Part shown: in pieces, positions 1 through 8,794 of the stretch | Layout of the letters: the number at the start of each line of letters is the position of its first letter | Position numbering within the stretch: position 1 is the stretch's first letter | Assembly: GCA_030834275.1 (NCBI GenBank) | Contig: JAURFP010000001.1 | Coordinates: 17,359 to 81,358, forward strand | From: Burkholderiales bacterium | GTDB taxonomy: Bacteria > Pseudomonadota > Gammaproteobacteria > Burkholderiales > Eutrophovitaceae | Direction of reading: 5' to 3' | DNA length: 64,000 nucleotides | Program-made: the position numbers and the translations under genes | Notes under the pieces: model-generated | What the model was told of the DNA's origin: nothing | The model's database searches: none | The model's input: the letters and a program-made list of their open reading frames with translations, nothing else

Positions 1-591
1 ATGAAGGGACTTGAAACCCCAAAAATTTCTGGAAAATTTAGCCTTCGAGCTTCAATAACGGGCGAAATTGTTATGAATGACGTTTTTGTTCCAGAAGAAA
101 ATATCCTACCAAACGTGAAAGGCTTAAAAGGGCCTTTTAGCTGTTTGAACAAAGCTAGATATGGTATCGCTTGGGGGGCATTAGGAGCAGCAGAATACTG
201 CTGGCATGCGGCGCGAGAATACACTCTCAATCGACCTCAGTTCGGGAAACCCCTAGCCGCTAATCAGCTAATACAAAAAAAATTAGCAGATATGCAAACC
301 GAAATTTCTATTGCTCTTCAGTCGGTGCTGCGAGTCGGCCAACTCCTTGACGAGGGAGTAGCAACGCCAGAGATGATTTCGCTAGTGAAAAGAAACTCGT
401 GTGGAAAAGCTTTAGAGATTGCTCGCATCGCGCGAGATATGCATGGCGGAAACGGCATTTCCGATGAATACCAAGTCATCAGACACATGATGAACTTAGA
501 GGCTGTCAACACCTATGAGGGAACGCATGATATCCATGCCTTAATTTTAGGTCGTGCACAAACCGGTATCCAAGCATTCACGGGGGGCTAA
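1..591 (+). CDS. gcdH: Glutaryl-CoA dehydrogenase, C-terminal 196 aa (5' end outside the window)
   Basis: The frame is open from base 1. It encodes an acyl-CoA dehydrogenase C-terminal domain ending [44 protein letters not shown], a pattern I recognise from GcdH. TAA at 589-591 is followed by a hairpin. Confidence 0.8.
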   Translation: MKGLETPKISGKFSLRASITGEIVMNDVFVPEENILPNVKGLKGPFSCLNKARYGIAWGALGAAEYCWHAAREYTLNRPQFGKPLAANQLIQKKLADMQTEISIALQSVLRVGQLLDEGVATPEMISLVKRNSCGKALEIARIARDMHGGNGISDEYQVIRHMMNLEAVNTYEGTHDIHALILGRAQTGIQAFTGG

Positions 592-593
592 AA

Positions 594-617
594 AAATGGG
601 GCTTTTAAGCCCCATTT
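594..617. terminator. Intrinsic terminator hairpin shared by convergent gcdH and SDR genes
   Basis: AAATGGGGC-TTTTAA-GCCCCATTT stem-loop. The A-run at 591-596 supplies a U-tract for the minus-strand (SDR) transcript. Confidence 0.6.
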
Positions 618-639
618 CTACCTCATGATTTAGAAGAGC

Positions 640-1395
640 TCAGACGCAGCGGCCGCCGTCCACCTCAATACACGCCCCAGTTATAAAATCTGCTTCATCA
701 GACGATAAATACAAGCACGCGTTTGCGATGTCCCGCGGTTGACTAAATCGCCCCAAGGGGATCACAGATGCAAACTTCGCACGTATCTCCGGAGTGTCAG
801 AACCCATAAACTCCGCCAGTAGTGGTGTGTCACCCGCTACTGGATTGACGACATTCACACGAATTTTATCGGGAGCCAACTCCACTGCCATCGCCTGGCT
901 CGCGATAATCGCCGCTCCTTTACTACCGCTGTACCAAACAAGTCCGGGGCGCGGTCTAATACCCGACGTAGATGCAATCGTGACAAACGAGCCCCCTCCC
1001 TGTTTCCTGAAATAAGGAACGATCGCTTTTGCACTGTAGTACAAACTTTTCACGTTGACCGCATACACCAAATCAAACTCAGCATCGGTCACATCAACCA
1101 TTGGTTTATTCCGATGAGTAGTTCCTGCGTTATTGATTACGATATCCAGCTTGCCATAGGTATCCGTCGTAAACTTTAGAAGCGCAGTCCAGTCACTTTC
1201 TTTCGCTACATTTGCAGATGTAAAAGCTGCATCCCCACCAGCTGCTTTTATTTCACCAACCACTCGGTTTCCGCCATCAGCATTGATATCTGCAACGATA
1301 ACCTTACATCCCTCTTCAGCAAATCGCTTGGCTATACCCTCTCCGAAACCAGATCCACCACCAGTGACAATCGCTACCTTACTTTCTAAACGCAT
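640..1395 (-). CDS. Short-chain dehydrogenase/reductase (FabG-like)
   Basis: 251 aa with the Rossmann motif VAIVTGGGSGFGEGIA, NNAG, and catalytic YSGSK (YxxxK). A GAGGAA SD precedes the ATG. Confidence 0.85.
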   Translation of the reverse strand: MRLESKVAIVTGGGSGFGEGIAKRFAEEGCKVIVADINADGGNRVVGEIKAAGGDAAFTSANVAKESDWTALLKFTTDTYGKLDIVINNAGTTHRNKPMVDVTDAEFDLVYAVNVKSLYYSAKAIVPYFRKQGGGSFVTIASTSGIRPRPGLVWYSGSKGAAIIASQAMAVELAPDKIRVNVVNPVAGDTPLLAEFMGSDTPEIRAKFASVIPLGRFSQPRDIANACLYLSSDEADFITGACIEVDGGRCV

Positions 1396-1408
1396 ACATC
1401 TTCCTCAT

Positions 1409-1439
1409 AAAAAAACTCCAAACTTATTAAAGCTTGGAG
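1409..1439 (-). terminator. Intrinsic terminator after xdhC-like gene
   Basis: On the minus strand: CTCCAAGC-TTTAATAA-GTTTGGAG (8-bp stem with one G-U pair) followed by T7 (plus-strand A-run 1409-1415). Confidence 0.5.
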
Positions 1440-1465
1440 CGTAAAAAATCTAAACTCGCGCGAGG

Positions 1466-2479
1466 CTAGACTGCACAGGCAGTCTGATTCCCATCTACGG
1501 AATACGCCTTGCCCTCTCCACTACCAATGCTCGCTAAGTTCACACCATTGCGAACTGCTGTGATTTCAGCCAGTATCGACACCGCTATTTCTGGAGGTGT
1601 TTTGCTGCCAATACGTAAACCAACAGGACCATGTAGGCGAGAAATTTCTTCCTCACTCAAATCAAAAATTGACAGCCTCTCTCGTCTATTCTTGCTGTTC
1701 AGTCGAGAGCCAAGCGCTCCAACATAGAACGCTGATGATTTAAGTCCTTCGAGAAGCGCTAAATCATCTAGCTTTGGATCATGTGTTACTGCAACCAAAG
1801 CTGATCGCGAATCCAAGTTTAAAGAAACTACAAAGTCATCAGGCATTTCCCGAGAAAGAATAGAGCCAGGCACTGCCCACGTTTCCGCATACTCTTCTCT
1901 GGGATCACAAACGATTACCTGATAATCGAGAGCTTGTGCCATTTGAGCCACATAAGTGGACAACTGACCCGCCCCGATAATGACGAGTCTCCAACGTGGG
2001 CCATACACACCAAATAATTTTTCTCCGTCAAATACGATCGTATCACTCGGCTTTCCGACAGATAATTCCGTTTCTCCACTCGACATATCCAGAGTTCTAT
2101 TAACTAACTCATGACGTTCAACTCTCTCAAGTAGATTTTGAAAAAGATCATCTCTCTGAATTTTCTCTAATACGAGTTGCAAGGTTCCACCACATGGCAA
2201 ACCAAATCTATTCGCTTCCTCTTTCGTAACCCCGTAGGTCACAACTTTGGGTTTGTCGATGGCTAAAGATTGATCTCTGATCTTATTGATCATGTCATCC
2301 TCGACACACCCTCCAGATACTGATCCAGCAACAAGTCCATCTTCTCTAATTGCTAGCATCGCACCAGGAGGCCGCGGGGAAGAACCCCAGGTCTCTACAA
2401 TTGTTCCAAGCACTACCTCATGACCCTCAGCCCGCCAAGCGAGACTGGTTTTGAGGACTTGTAAATCTACGCTATCCAT
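1466..2479 (-). CDS. XdhC/CoxI-family molybdenum-cofactor insertion accessory protein
   Basis: 337 aa. The N-terminal XdhC/CoxI region (WGSSPRPPGAMLAI...GSVSGGCVE) is followed by a C-terminal Rossmann-like domain (RLVIIGAGQLS). The gene is adjacent to Mo-hydroxylase genes. Confidence 0.8.
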   Translation of the reverse strand: MDSVDLQVLKTSLAWRAEGHEVVLGTIVETWGSSPRPPGAMLAIREDGLVAGSVSGGCVEDDMINKIRDQSLAIDKPKVVTYGVTKEEANRFGLPCGGTLQLVLEKIQRDDLFQNLLERVERHELVNRTLDMSSGETELSVGKPSDTIVFDGEKLFGVYGPRWRLVIIGAGQLSTYVAQMAQALDYQVIVCDPREEYAETWAVPGSILSREMPDDFVVSLNLDSRSALVAVTHDPKLDDLALLEGLKSSAFYVGALGSRLNSKNRRERLSIFDLSEEEISRLHGPVGLRIGSKTPPEIAVSILAEITAVRNGVNLASIGSGEGKAYSVDGNQTACAV

Positions 2480-2519
2480 TGCTAGATACTAACCCTTATT
2501 TGTACTTCCTTCATCTTTG

Positions 2520-2546
2520 AAAAAAAACCCCCGGAAATCCGGGGGT
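2520..2546 (-). terminator. Strong intrinsic terminator downstream of the Mo-hydroxylase genes
   Basis: CCCCCGG-AAAT-CCGGGGG hairpin (2528-2545). On the minus strand it is followed by U8 (plus-strand A8 at 2520-2527). Confidence 0.7.
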
Positions 2547-2559
2547 CTCAAAGCAAACA

Positions 2560-2588
2560 GGGTTTCGGCGAACCGAAACCCTTTTTTT
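2560..2588 (+). terminator. Second hairpin, oriented as a plus-strand terminator (hairpin plus T7)
   Basis: GGGTTTCGG-CGAA-CCGAAACCC followed by TTTTTTT (2582-2588) on the plus strand. It lies 7 nt from the stop of the minus-strand large-subunit gene. Confidence 0.45.
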
Positions 2589-2595
2589 GCACAGC

Positions 2596-4791
2596 TTAGG
2601 CCGCGGCAATATGCTCTGGAGTCATTGGCAAGGTGCGTACACGCTTACCACATGCTGCAAAGATTGCGTTAGCAATAGCTGGCTGGACAACCGCGGTTGC
2701 AGGCTCTCCAAGACCGCCAGGTACGCTGTCACTCTTAATGAAGTGAACATCGATTTCTGGAGTCTCGTTCATACGAGCAACTCGGTATCCATCAAAGTTA
2801 TTTTGCTCAACGATGCCGTTCTTAACAGTGATTTCACTGTAGAGCGCAACACCTTGACCCATGTTGATACAAGACTGGATCTGAGCAAGTGCCTGATCTG
2901 GGTGAACCAAAGTACCACCGTCAACAACCGCAGTAACTTTGTCCAAGCTCACGTCGTAGGTAGAAGAAACAGTAACCTCAGCAACAATAGCGACAACTGA
3001 GTTGTAACCTTCCATCACTGCAACGCCCTGGCCTTTACCAGCTGGCATTTTCTTACCAAACTTGGTGATCTTCTTGGTCTCTTCCAGAACTCGCTTCATT
3101 CTGGCTCCAACTGGAACACCAGCCGACAGACCTGACCACTGGTGCTTGGTTGAACCCATATCAAGCATATCGATTCTGTACTGGATAGGATCAACACCAG
3201 CGTTAACAGCGAGCTCATCGATAAACGCCTCTAGTGCAACTGCGTTCAAGTTGTGAGACACACCACGCCAGTAACCGACCTGCACGCCAGTATCATGCAT
3301 CTGATAGCTGAAGCTCATACCTGCGTCTGCCATGTATGGGAAGTTATCGATACCCTCAACTGCAAATGGGTCGATACCGTCTTTCACGATACTTGGGAAC
3401 AGACGTGAAGATATTGATGGGCTGGTTGAGTGGAACTTCAATGCCTGGAGCTTACCTTTGGCATCAACACCAGCGGTGAACTTGTACATACCAGCAGGAC
3501 GGTATGAGTCATGAGTCATATCATCTTCTCTAGACCAAACCATCTTCACAGGAACGCCAGCTGCTTTGGAGATTTCCGCAGCATCAATCGCATAGTCCAC
3601 CTCAACTCGTCTACCGAAACCACCACCGAGGAAGGTCGTTTGAACTTCAACCTGCTCAGGCGTTAGGCCAGTAGCACCAGCGACCACGTGTGGGATCAAC
3701 TGCTGGAACTGAGTTGGAGTAATGATGACTGCTTTGTCTGCACGCACATCAGCAACAGAGTTTTGTGGCTCCATTGGTGAGTGTGACTGGAATGGCAAAC
3801 GATACGTTGCAGTAATCATCTTGGCAGCATTTGCTAGCCCTTGGTTTGCGTCTCCGCTCTCACGGAAAACTGCACCAGGCTTGTTAGATGCTTCCTCGAT
3901 TCCTGCCCATAGGCCGGTCATATCGAGATTCGCATTTGGACCACCATCCCAACGCGGATCAAGCGTAGCTACTGCTTTCTTAGCTGTCCACCAATCGTCA
4001 GCAACAACCGCAACACCGCGGCTATACTGAACCACTGCGTGAACGCCAGGGAAGTTCTTAGCACGTGAATCGTTGTAAGAGATGAGCTTTCCACCCATCA
4101 TAGGAGCCATAGCAACAGCAGCGTATTTCATACCAGGGATACGGGTATCAACACCGAAACCAGCAGTACCACGAACCTTAGCTGCGGTATCAAGTCTCTT
4201 CTGCTTAACGTTACCAACGTATTTGAACTGGCTAGCTGGCTTGAGTGGAACTTCCTTTGGAACTTCCATTCCTGCTGCTTTCGCTGCGACTGATCCGTAG
4301 GTTGCTTTCTTGCCGCCAGGGCCAGAAATCACGCCGTCAGAAACAGTACACTGACTCGCATCAACGCCCCAGTTGTCTGCAGCAGCAGCAACTAGCATCA
4401 TTCTTGCAGATGCACCAGCTTTTCTAAGTTTTTCCCAACCGTCACGAACTGCAGTAGAACCACCAGTTAGCTGACCGCCGAGAAGTGAGTTAATGTAAAC
4501 CTCTGCTGGAGGTGCAAACTCAACGTTGACTCTATTGAGATCAACTTCAAGCTCTTCCGCAACCAACATTGGCATAGATGTGTAAACGTCCTGACCCATC
4601 TCGGATCTAGCACACATAATGGTGACTGAGTTGTCACCGCCGATGCGAACCCATGCGTTAGGGCTACCACCGTCAGCTGCTTGAGCCTGGCGAGACTGAG
4701 GAAGGTAGAACCCAAGAGCTAGTCCACCAGCAACAGTACCGCTGACTTTCAGGAAGTCACGACGTGCTTCATTCTTTACTATTTTTTCCAT
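2596..4791 (-). CDS. Molybdopterin-binding large subunit of an IorB/aldehyde-oxidase-type hydroxylase, Tat-exported
   Basis: 731 aa with twin-arginine signal MEKIVKNEARRDFLKVSGTVAGGLALG...AQA. The length and sequence fit xanthine-dehydrogenase-family MoCo-binding domains. It starts 14 nt downstream of the [2Fe-2S] subunit gene. Confidence 0.85.
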   Translation of the reverse strand: MEKIVKNEARRDFLKVSGTVAGGLALGFYLPQSRQAQAADGGSPNAWVRIGGDNSVTIMCARSEMGQDVYTSMPMLVAEELEVDLNRVNVEFAPPAEVYINSLLGGQLTGGSTAVRDGWEKLRKAGASARMMLVAAAADNWGVDASQCTVSDGVISGPGGKKATYGSVAAKAAGMEVPKEVPLKPASQFKYVGNVKQKRLDTAAKVRGTAGFGVDTRIPGMKYAAVAMAPMMGGKLISYNDSRAKNFPGVHAVVQYSRGVAVVADDWWTAKKAVATLDPRWDGGPNANLDMTGLWAGIEEASNKPGAVFRESGDANQGLANAAKMITATYRLPFQSHSPMEPQNSVADVRADKAVIITPTQFQQLIPHVVAGATGLTPEQVEVQTTFLGGGFGRRVEVDYAIDAAEISKAAGVPVKMVWSREDDMTHDSYRPAGMYKFTAGVDAKGKLQALKFHSTSPSISSRLFPSIVKDGIDPFAVEGIDNFPYMADAGMSFSYQMHDTGVQVGYWRGVSHNLNAVALEAFIDELAVNAGVDPIQYRIDMLDMGSTKHQWSGLSAGVPVGARMKRVLEETKKITKFGKKMPAGKGQGVAVMEGYNSVVAIVAEVTVSSTYDVSLDKVTAVVDGGTLVHPDQALAQIQSCINMGQGVALYSEITVKNGIVEQNNFDGYRVARMNETPEIDVHFIKSDSVPGGLGEPATAVVQPAIANAIFAACGKRVRTLPMTPEHIAAA

Positions 4792-4805
4792 GTCTCAAGT
4801 CCTCC

Positions 4806-5255
4806 TTACGACATCTTCGCAGCAGCCTTAATGGCGGCGCGAATTCGAGGATATGTTCCGCAACGGCAAATGTTTCCTGACATTGCTGCATTGATATCCG
4901 AATCTGAAGGATTTTTGTTTGAAGCTAGCAATGCAGAGGCAGACATCATCTGACCAGGCTGGCAATAGCCACACTGAGGAACATCAAGAGCTTCCCAAGC
5001 ACGCTGAACTTTGTGATTTCCACCAAGACCTTCGATGGTTGTCACGTCGGCACCATTTAAGGAACCAATTTGAACTTGACAGGAACGCACTGCATTTCCG
5101 CTCAAATGAACGGTACACGCACCACAAAGGGCTTTTCCGCAACCAAACTTTGTCCCGGTCATGCCGAGTGTGTCGCGAAGAACCCAAAGTAATGGTGTGT
5201 CAGCGGCGACGTCGACTGTCTCGCTTTTCCCATTTACTTTAAAAGTAACTTTCAT
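4806..5255 (-). CDS. [2Fe-2S]-binding small subunit of the Mo hydroxylase (IorA-like)
   Basis: Cys clusters [17 protein letters not shown] and CRCGTY. I place the start at [10 protein letters not shown] (ATG 5255) because a GGGGGAG SD precedes it. The ORF track's extension to 5333 is unsupported. Confidence 0.85.
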   Translation of the reverse strand: MKVTFKVNGKSETVDVAADTPLLWVLRDTLGMTGTKFGCGKALCGACTVHLSGNAVRSCQVQIGSLNGADVTTIEGLGGNHKVQRAWEALDVPQCGYCQPGQMMSASALLASNKNPSDSDINAAMSGNICRCGTYPRIRAAIKAAAKMS

Positions 5256-5342
5256 TTTATAACTCCCCCTTTCGAAGCTTTGAAAATAGGTACAGGGATC
5301 GTAACTATTATGGTTACCTGATGGAAAATACACGAACTGGGT

Positions 5343-5367
5343 GCCTGTTACAAGGGCTGTAACAGGC
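5343..5367. promoter_or_regulatory. Perfect 10-bp inverted repeat, candidate operator upstream of the Mo-hydroxylase operon
   Basis: GCCTGTTACA-AGGGC-TGTAACAGGC lies about 90 nt upstream of ATG 5255. A further AACCTGTT half-site-like copy sits at about 5373. Confidence 0.35.
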
Positions 5368-5675
5368 GTAGGAACCTGTTTCTAGTTGAAAATCTCGATT
5401 CCAGGAAGCACTAAATTTCCGATTTACGAGAGTTTTAAGAACATATTTTCATGAGCTGAAAATGACCTGCATATCCCGCCTTGAAACTAATTAAAAAAAT
5501 TAATGATGCGACGCAACATTTATTATGTATATAGCTATTTTTAGGTGGGTGTGTCGCAACAAATATTAAATATTTTTGGAAAGCAAAGCAGATCCCAGTT
5601 ACATCGATGACCCCAGACGGATGCGCTCCTCAAGAAAATGAAAAAAACTAAATTTTTTCTAAAAAAATAAAAAAA

Positions 5676-5693
5676 AGAGGGGACTGCCCCTCT
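5676..5693 (-). terminator. Intrinsic terminator after acyl-CoA dehydrogenase gene
   Basis: AGAGGGG-ACTG-CCCCTCT hairpin 30 nt after the stop at 5723. The long plus-strand A-run at 5661-5675 gives a U-tract on the minus transcript. Confidence 0.75.
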
Positions 5694-5722
5694 TTTTCCG
5701 TCAGCATCGCACGCCCTAGGGA

Positions 5723-6937
5723 TTATGAGTATTTTTTCAACTCCAAACGAGCGACTTGCGATCGGTGCACTTCGTCTGGCCCATCAGCCAAACGCAGAGA
5801 CCTGTTCCATGCATACATCCATGCTAGTGGGAAGTCTTGACATACTCCGCCGCCACCGTGCGCCTGAATCGCCCAATCAATGATGGTCTGCGCCATGTTC
5901 GGAGCAATCACCTTAATCATCGCGATCTCTGCTCGAGCTTCCTTATTTCCGACAGTATCCATCATGTAAGCGGCTTTGAGAGTAAGCAATCGGGCCTGCT
6001 CAATCATGATTCTGGATTCAGCGATACGCTCATGCCATACCGACTGCTCAGCAACTGGCTTACCAAACGCTACTCTCTCTTTCAGACGTTTACACATAAT
6101 TTCAAGCGCACGTTCCGCCTGACCTATGATTCTCATACAGTGATGGATTCGCCCTGGCCCCAATCGACCTTGCGCAATTTCAAAACCTCTACCCTCACCA
6201 AGCAAAATGTTTGACGCTGGAACCTTTACGTTGGTCAGAGAAACCTCCATGTGTCCATGGGGCGCGTCGTCATACCCAAACACAGTCAACGCACGCTCTA
6301 CCTTGACGCCAGCAGTATCAGCTGGAACCAAAATCATCGACTGCTGCTTATGTCGATCAGCACCATCCGGATCCGTTTTGCCCATCACAATGAGGATCTT
6401 GCACCTCGGATCACCAGCACCCGACGACCACCATTTTCTACCGTTGATAACGTAGTGATCTCCAGACTTCTCAATTCGACATTGGATGTTCGTAGCGTCC
6501 GACGAAGCAACTGCAGGTTCCGTCATGAGAAATGCAGATCGGATATCTCCACTCAACAAGGGCTCGGCCCACGTTTTGATCTGCTCATCAGTTCCGTAGC
6601 GAAGGATGGTCTCCATGTTTCCGGTATCCGGCGCAGAACAGTTAAACACCTCCGGAGCCCAGAACACCCTCCCCATAATTTCACAAAGAGTCGCATAGTC
6701 CAAATTGCTTAGCGTTCCACCGTGCGCTTTCGGACGCCACAAATTCCAAAGACCTCTCTCTTTTGCTTTTGCCTTCGACTCCTCCACGATTGCCGTAGGA
6801 ATCCACGCGTTACCGTTTTTACGGTTCGCGTCTATCTGCTCAAAAAAGATTGCCTCATTCGGATAAATAAATTCATCCATAAACGCTTTTACTTTTTCTT
6901 GAAGCGTTTTCACTTCTGCTGAAAATTCAAAATCCAT
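5723..6937 (-). CDS. Acyl-CoA dehydrogenase family protein (ACAD10/11- or FadE2-like)
   Basis: 404 aa with full ACAD architecture: ...[18 protein letters not shown]...[16 protein letters not shown]...QAHGGGGV. Confidence 0.85.
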   Translation of the reverse strand: MDFEFSAEVKTLQEKVKAFMDEFIYPNEAIFFEQIDANRKNGNAWIPTAIVEESKAKAKERGLWNLWRPKAHGGTLSNLDYATLCEIMGRVFWAPEVFNCSAPDTGNMETILRYGTDEQIKTWAEPLLSGDIRSAFLMTEPAVASSDATNIQCRIEKSGDHYVINGRKWWSSGAGDPRCKILIVMGKTDPDGADRHKQQSMILVPADTAGVKVERALTVFGYDDAPHGHMEVSLTNVKVPASNILLGEGRGFEIAQGRLGPGRIHHCMRIIGQAERALEIMCKRLKERVAFGKPVAEQSVWHERIAESRIMIEQARLLTLKAAYMMDTVGNKEARAEIAMIKVIAPNMAQTIIDWAIQAHGGGGVCQDFPLAWMYAWNRSLRLADGPDEVHRSQVARLELKKYS

Positions 6938-7005
6938 AGTTAATTCCGTCGTTTAGAGGCCATCTCCAACAATGGCTCGCAATTAATTTTCTTAGAAACC
7001 GAATT

Positions 7006-7455
7006 TTACACGCGTTGGGAGCTTCCCTCAGGTGGCATCACTTCAAACTCGCAGATTTTATTTTTAAATGCATCTCTCAGCGGTACCGATTTTCGGGTTT
7101 GAGGATTTGCGTTTACGTAAGTAATTAATATTTCTGCGAGAGCTTCATCAGCTCGAAAAATCCCCACTAAAAAATCAAAACTACTTTTTCCAAGACGAGA
7201 TACTCGTACCAAGATATCTATTTCATCATCGTACCGCGCCGACGCGTGATATACGATCGTCGACTTTTTCGTGAATAAATCCTCCGCCTCAACTTGGAAC
7301 GCATCCGGGTATGGCATGCCAATGGCGCGATAATATTCCGTCACGCCAATGTCGGCATACATCAAATAGTGGGGATTGAACACAATGCCTTGGGCATCCA
7401 CTTCAGCCCACCTCACGCGGATACTCTGAACTAAGCGAAAATCACTTTTTTTCAT
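7006..7455 (-). CDS. Acyl-CoA thioesterase, hotdog fold (4HBT/YbgC-like)
   Basis: 149 aa. The N-terminal motif VRWAEVDAQGIVFNPHYLMYADIGVTEYYR is typical of the 4HBT family. Confidence 0.8.
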   Translation of the reverse strand: MKKSDFRLVQSIRVRWAEVDAQGIVFNPHYLMYADIGVTEYYRAIGMPYPDAFQVEAEDLFTKKSTIVYHASARYDDEIDILVRVSRLGKSSFDFLVGIFRADEALAEILITYVNANPQTRKSVPLRDAFKNKICEFEVMPPEGSSQRV

Positions 7456-7491
7456 CTTTACCCATATACCGACTTCATCAATGACATCACT

Positions 7492-7944
7492 CTAGCCATA
7501 ACGCCTCGTTAACCATTCAGCGACGAGTGCTGGTTTGCTTTCCCCTTCGATCTCGATCGTAACAGTCCAAACTAACTGGACGCCATCTGGTATATCGACT
7601 ACATCCTCTAGATAAAACCGCGCCCTAAGCTTCGAATTTACTCGAACAGGCGCAGTAAATCGCACACGATTAAGACCGTAATTGATTCCCATCTTAGAGC
7701 GACCAAGATCAATCGTTTCATTCAAAAATTTTGATAACAACGAAAGTGTCAGAAATCCATGAGCAATCGTAGAACCGAAAACACTCTCAGACTCAGCTCT
7801 ATCGGTATCGACATGTATCCACTGAAAATCTCCCGTTGATTCCGCAAACCCATCGATCATTTCTTGAGTCACCTCCACCCAATCACTGACCGCAACCTCA
7901 GAGGACTTATACTGACGCAGTTCTCCGGGTGTATTCACTTTCAT
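7492..7944 (-). CDS. MaoC-like (R)-specific enoyl-CoA hydratase/dehydratase
   Basis: Hotdog-fold MaoC motif FAESTGDFQWIHVDTDRAESESVFGSTIAHG. The start is set at MKVNTPG (ATG 7944) because a GGGAGGG SD lies upstream, inside the end of the aldolase gene. The ORF track start is 7962. Confidence 0.8.
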   Translation of the reverse strand: MKVNTPGELRQYKSSEVAVSDWVEVTQEMIDGFAESTGDFQWIHVDTDRAESESVFGSTIAHGFLTLSLLSKFLNETIDLGRSKMGINYGLNRVRFTAPVRVNSKLRARFYLEDVVDIPDGVQLVWTVTIEIEGESKPALVAEWLTRRYG

Positions 7945-7949
7945 TAAAC

Positions 7950-8720
7950 TCAACCCTCCCATTTAAATGATTTAACAACTGCCTCGGTAGATCGAGCCAA
8001 TAGGAAGGTGTCACCTGTGACGGCCACAAAACTTGCACCTGCAGCTAACCAATTTTTTGCATCTTGCTCATTAAACGCCAGGATCCCAGCAGCACAGCCA
8101 GCCTTAACAGTCGTGGTTATCACATCTAGCATTGCGTCTTTCGCACCCCTGGCACTGGGGTTTCCAAGATGACCCACGCCAGCTGCCAAGTCCTGTGGCC
8201 CAACAAAAAGACAATCGACCCCATCGACCGCAGCGATTTTTTCTACATTCTCTCGCCCCAATTGAGTTTCAATTTGCAGGATGAGGCAGATATTTTCATC
8301 GGCGTGATCGAAGTAATTATTCATCCGTCCAAAACGGTTCGAGCGCGAATTTGCCGAAACCCCCCGATACCCTCGCGGCGGATATCGAACCGACCGCACC
8401 GCCTCCTGGGCTTCAGCCTCCGTCTGAACATTCGGCAATACGATCGTCTGGACCCCTTGGTCCAATAGCCGCTTGATCGTAACCGCATCATTCCAAGGGG
8501 CGCGAACTGCGATATCCACATCGTAAGCGGCCGCAGCGTGAATTAAACTCAAGACCTGCGGAACATCGTTTGGCGCATGCTCCATATCAATCAAAACCCA
8601 ATCGAATCCTGCCGACGCACAAATCTCGGTCGCCACATGGCTACCCATACTCAACCAACAACCAATTTGTCGTTCTTTTTCTTGAATTCTCTTTTTGATT
8701 CGATTCTCTATAAAATCCAT
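7950..8720 (-). CDS. HpcH/HpaI-family 2-keto-3-deoxy-acid aldolase
   Basis: 256 aa. WLSMGSHVATEICASAGFDWVLIDMEHAPNDV and downstream motifs are typical of the HpaI/GarL/RhmA class II aldolases. Confidence 0.8.
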   Translation of the reverse strand: MDFIENRIKKRIQEKERQIGCWLSMGSHVATEICASAGFDWVLIDMEHAPNDVPQVLSLIHAAAAYDVDIAVRAPWNDAVTIKRLLDQGVQTIVLPNVQTEAEAQEAVRSVRYPPRGYRGVSANSRSNRFGRMNNYFDHADENICLILQIETQLGRENVEKIAAVDGVDCLFVGPQDLAAGVGHLGNPSARGAKDAMLDVITTTVKAGCAAGILAFNEQDAKNWLAAGASFVAVTGDTFLLARSTEAVVKSFKWEG

Positions 8721-8794
8721 TGGTTACCCCGTTGCTTGATTCCAATACGATCGATTAACATAGCCCTTCCATTGATCATACTAGAAAGTCTACG

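Noticed and set aside
4806-5333. N-terminal extensions offered by the ORF track (also 7962, 10041, 21047, 37268, 40875, 57874, 60765, 61487, 63003).
   Set aside because: In each case an internal ATG has a better SD. It also restores a proper signal peptide or family N-terminus, or removes an overlap with the neighbouring gene.
5641-5651. The A-rich string AAAAAAACTAA resembles the 3' tail of a preQ1-I riboswitch.
   Set aside because: No preceding P1 hairpin with the conserved loop exists, and no downstream plus-strand gene follows. The A-run is the U-tract partner of the adjacent terminator (5676-5693). The que genes are 36 kb away.
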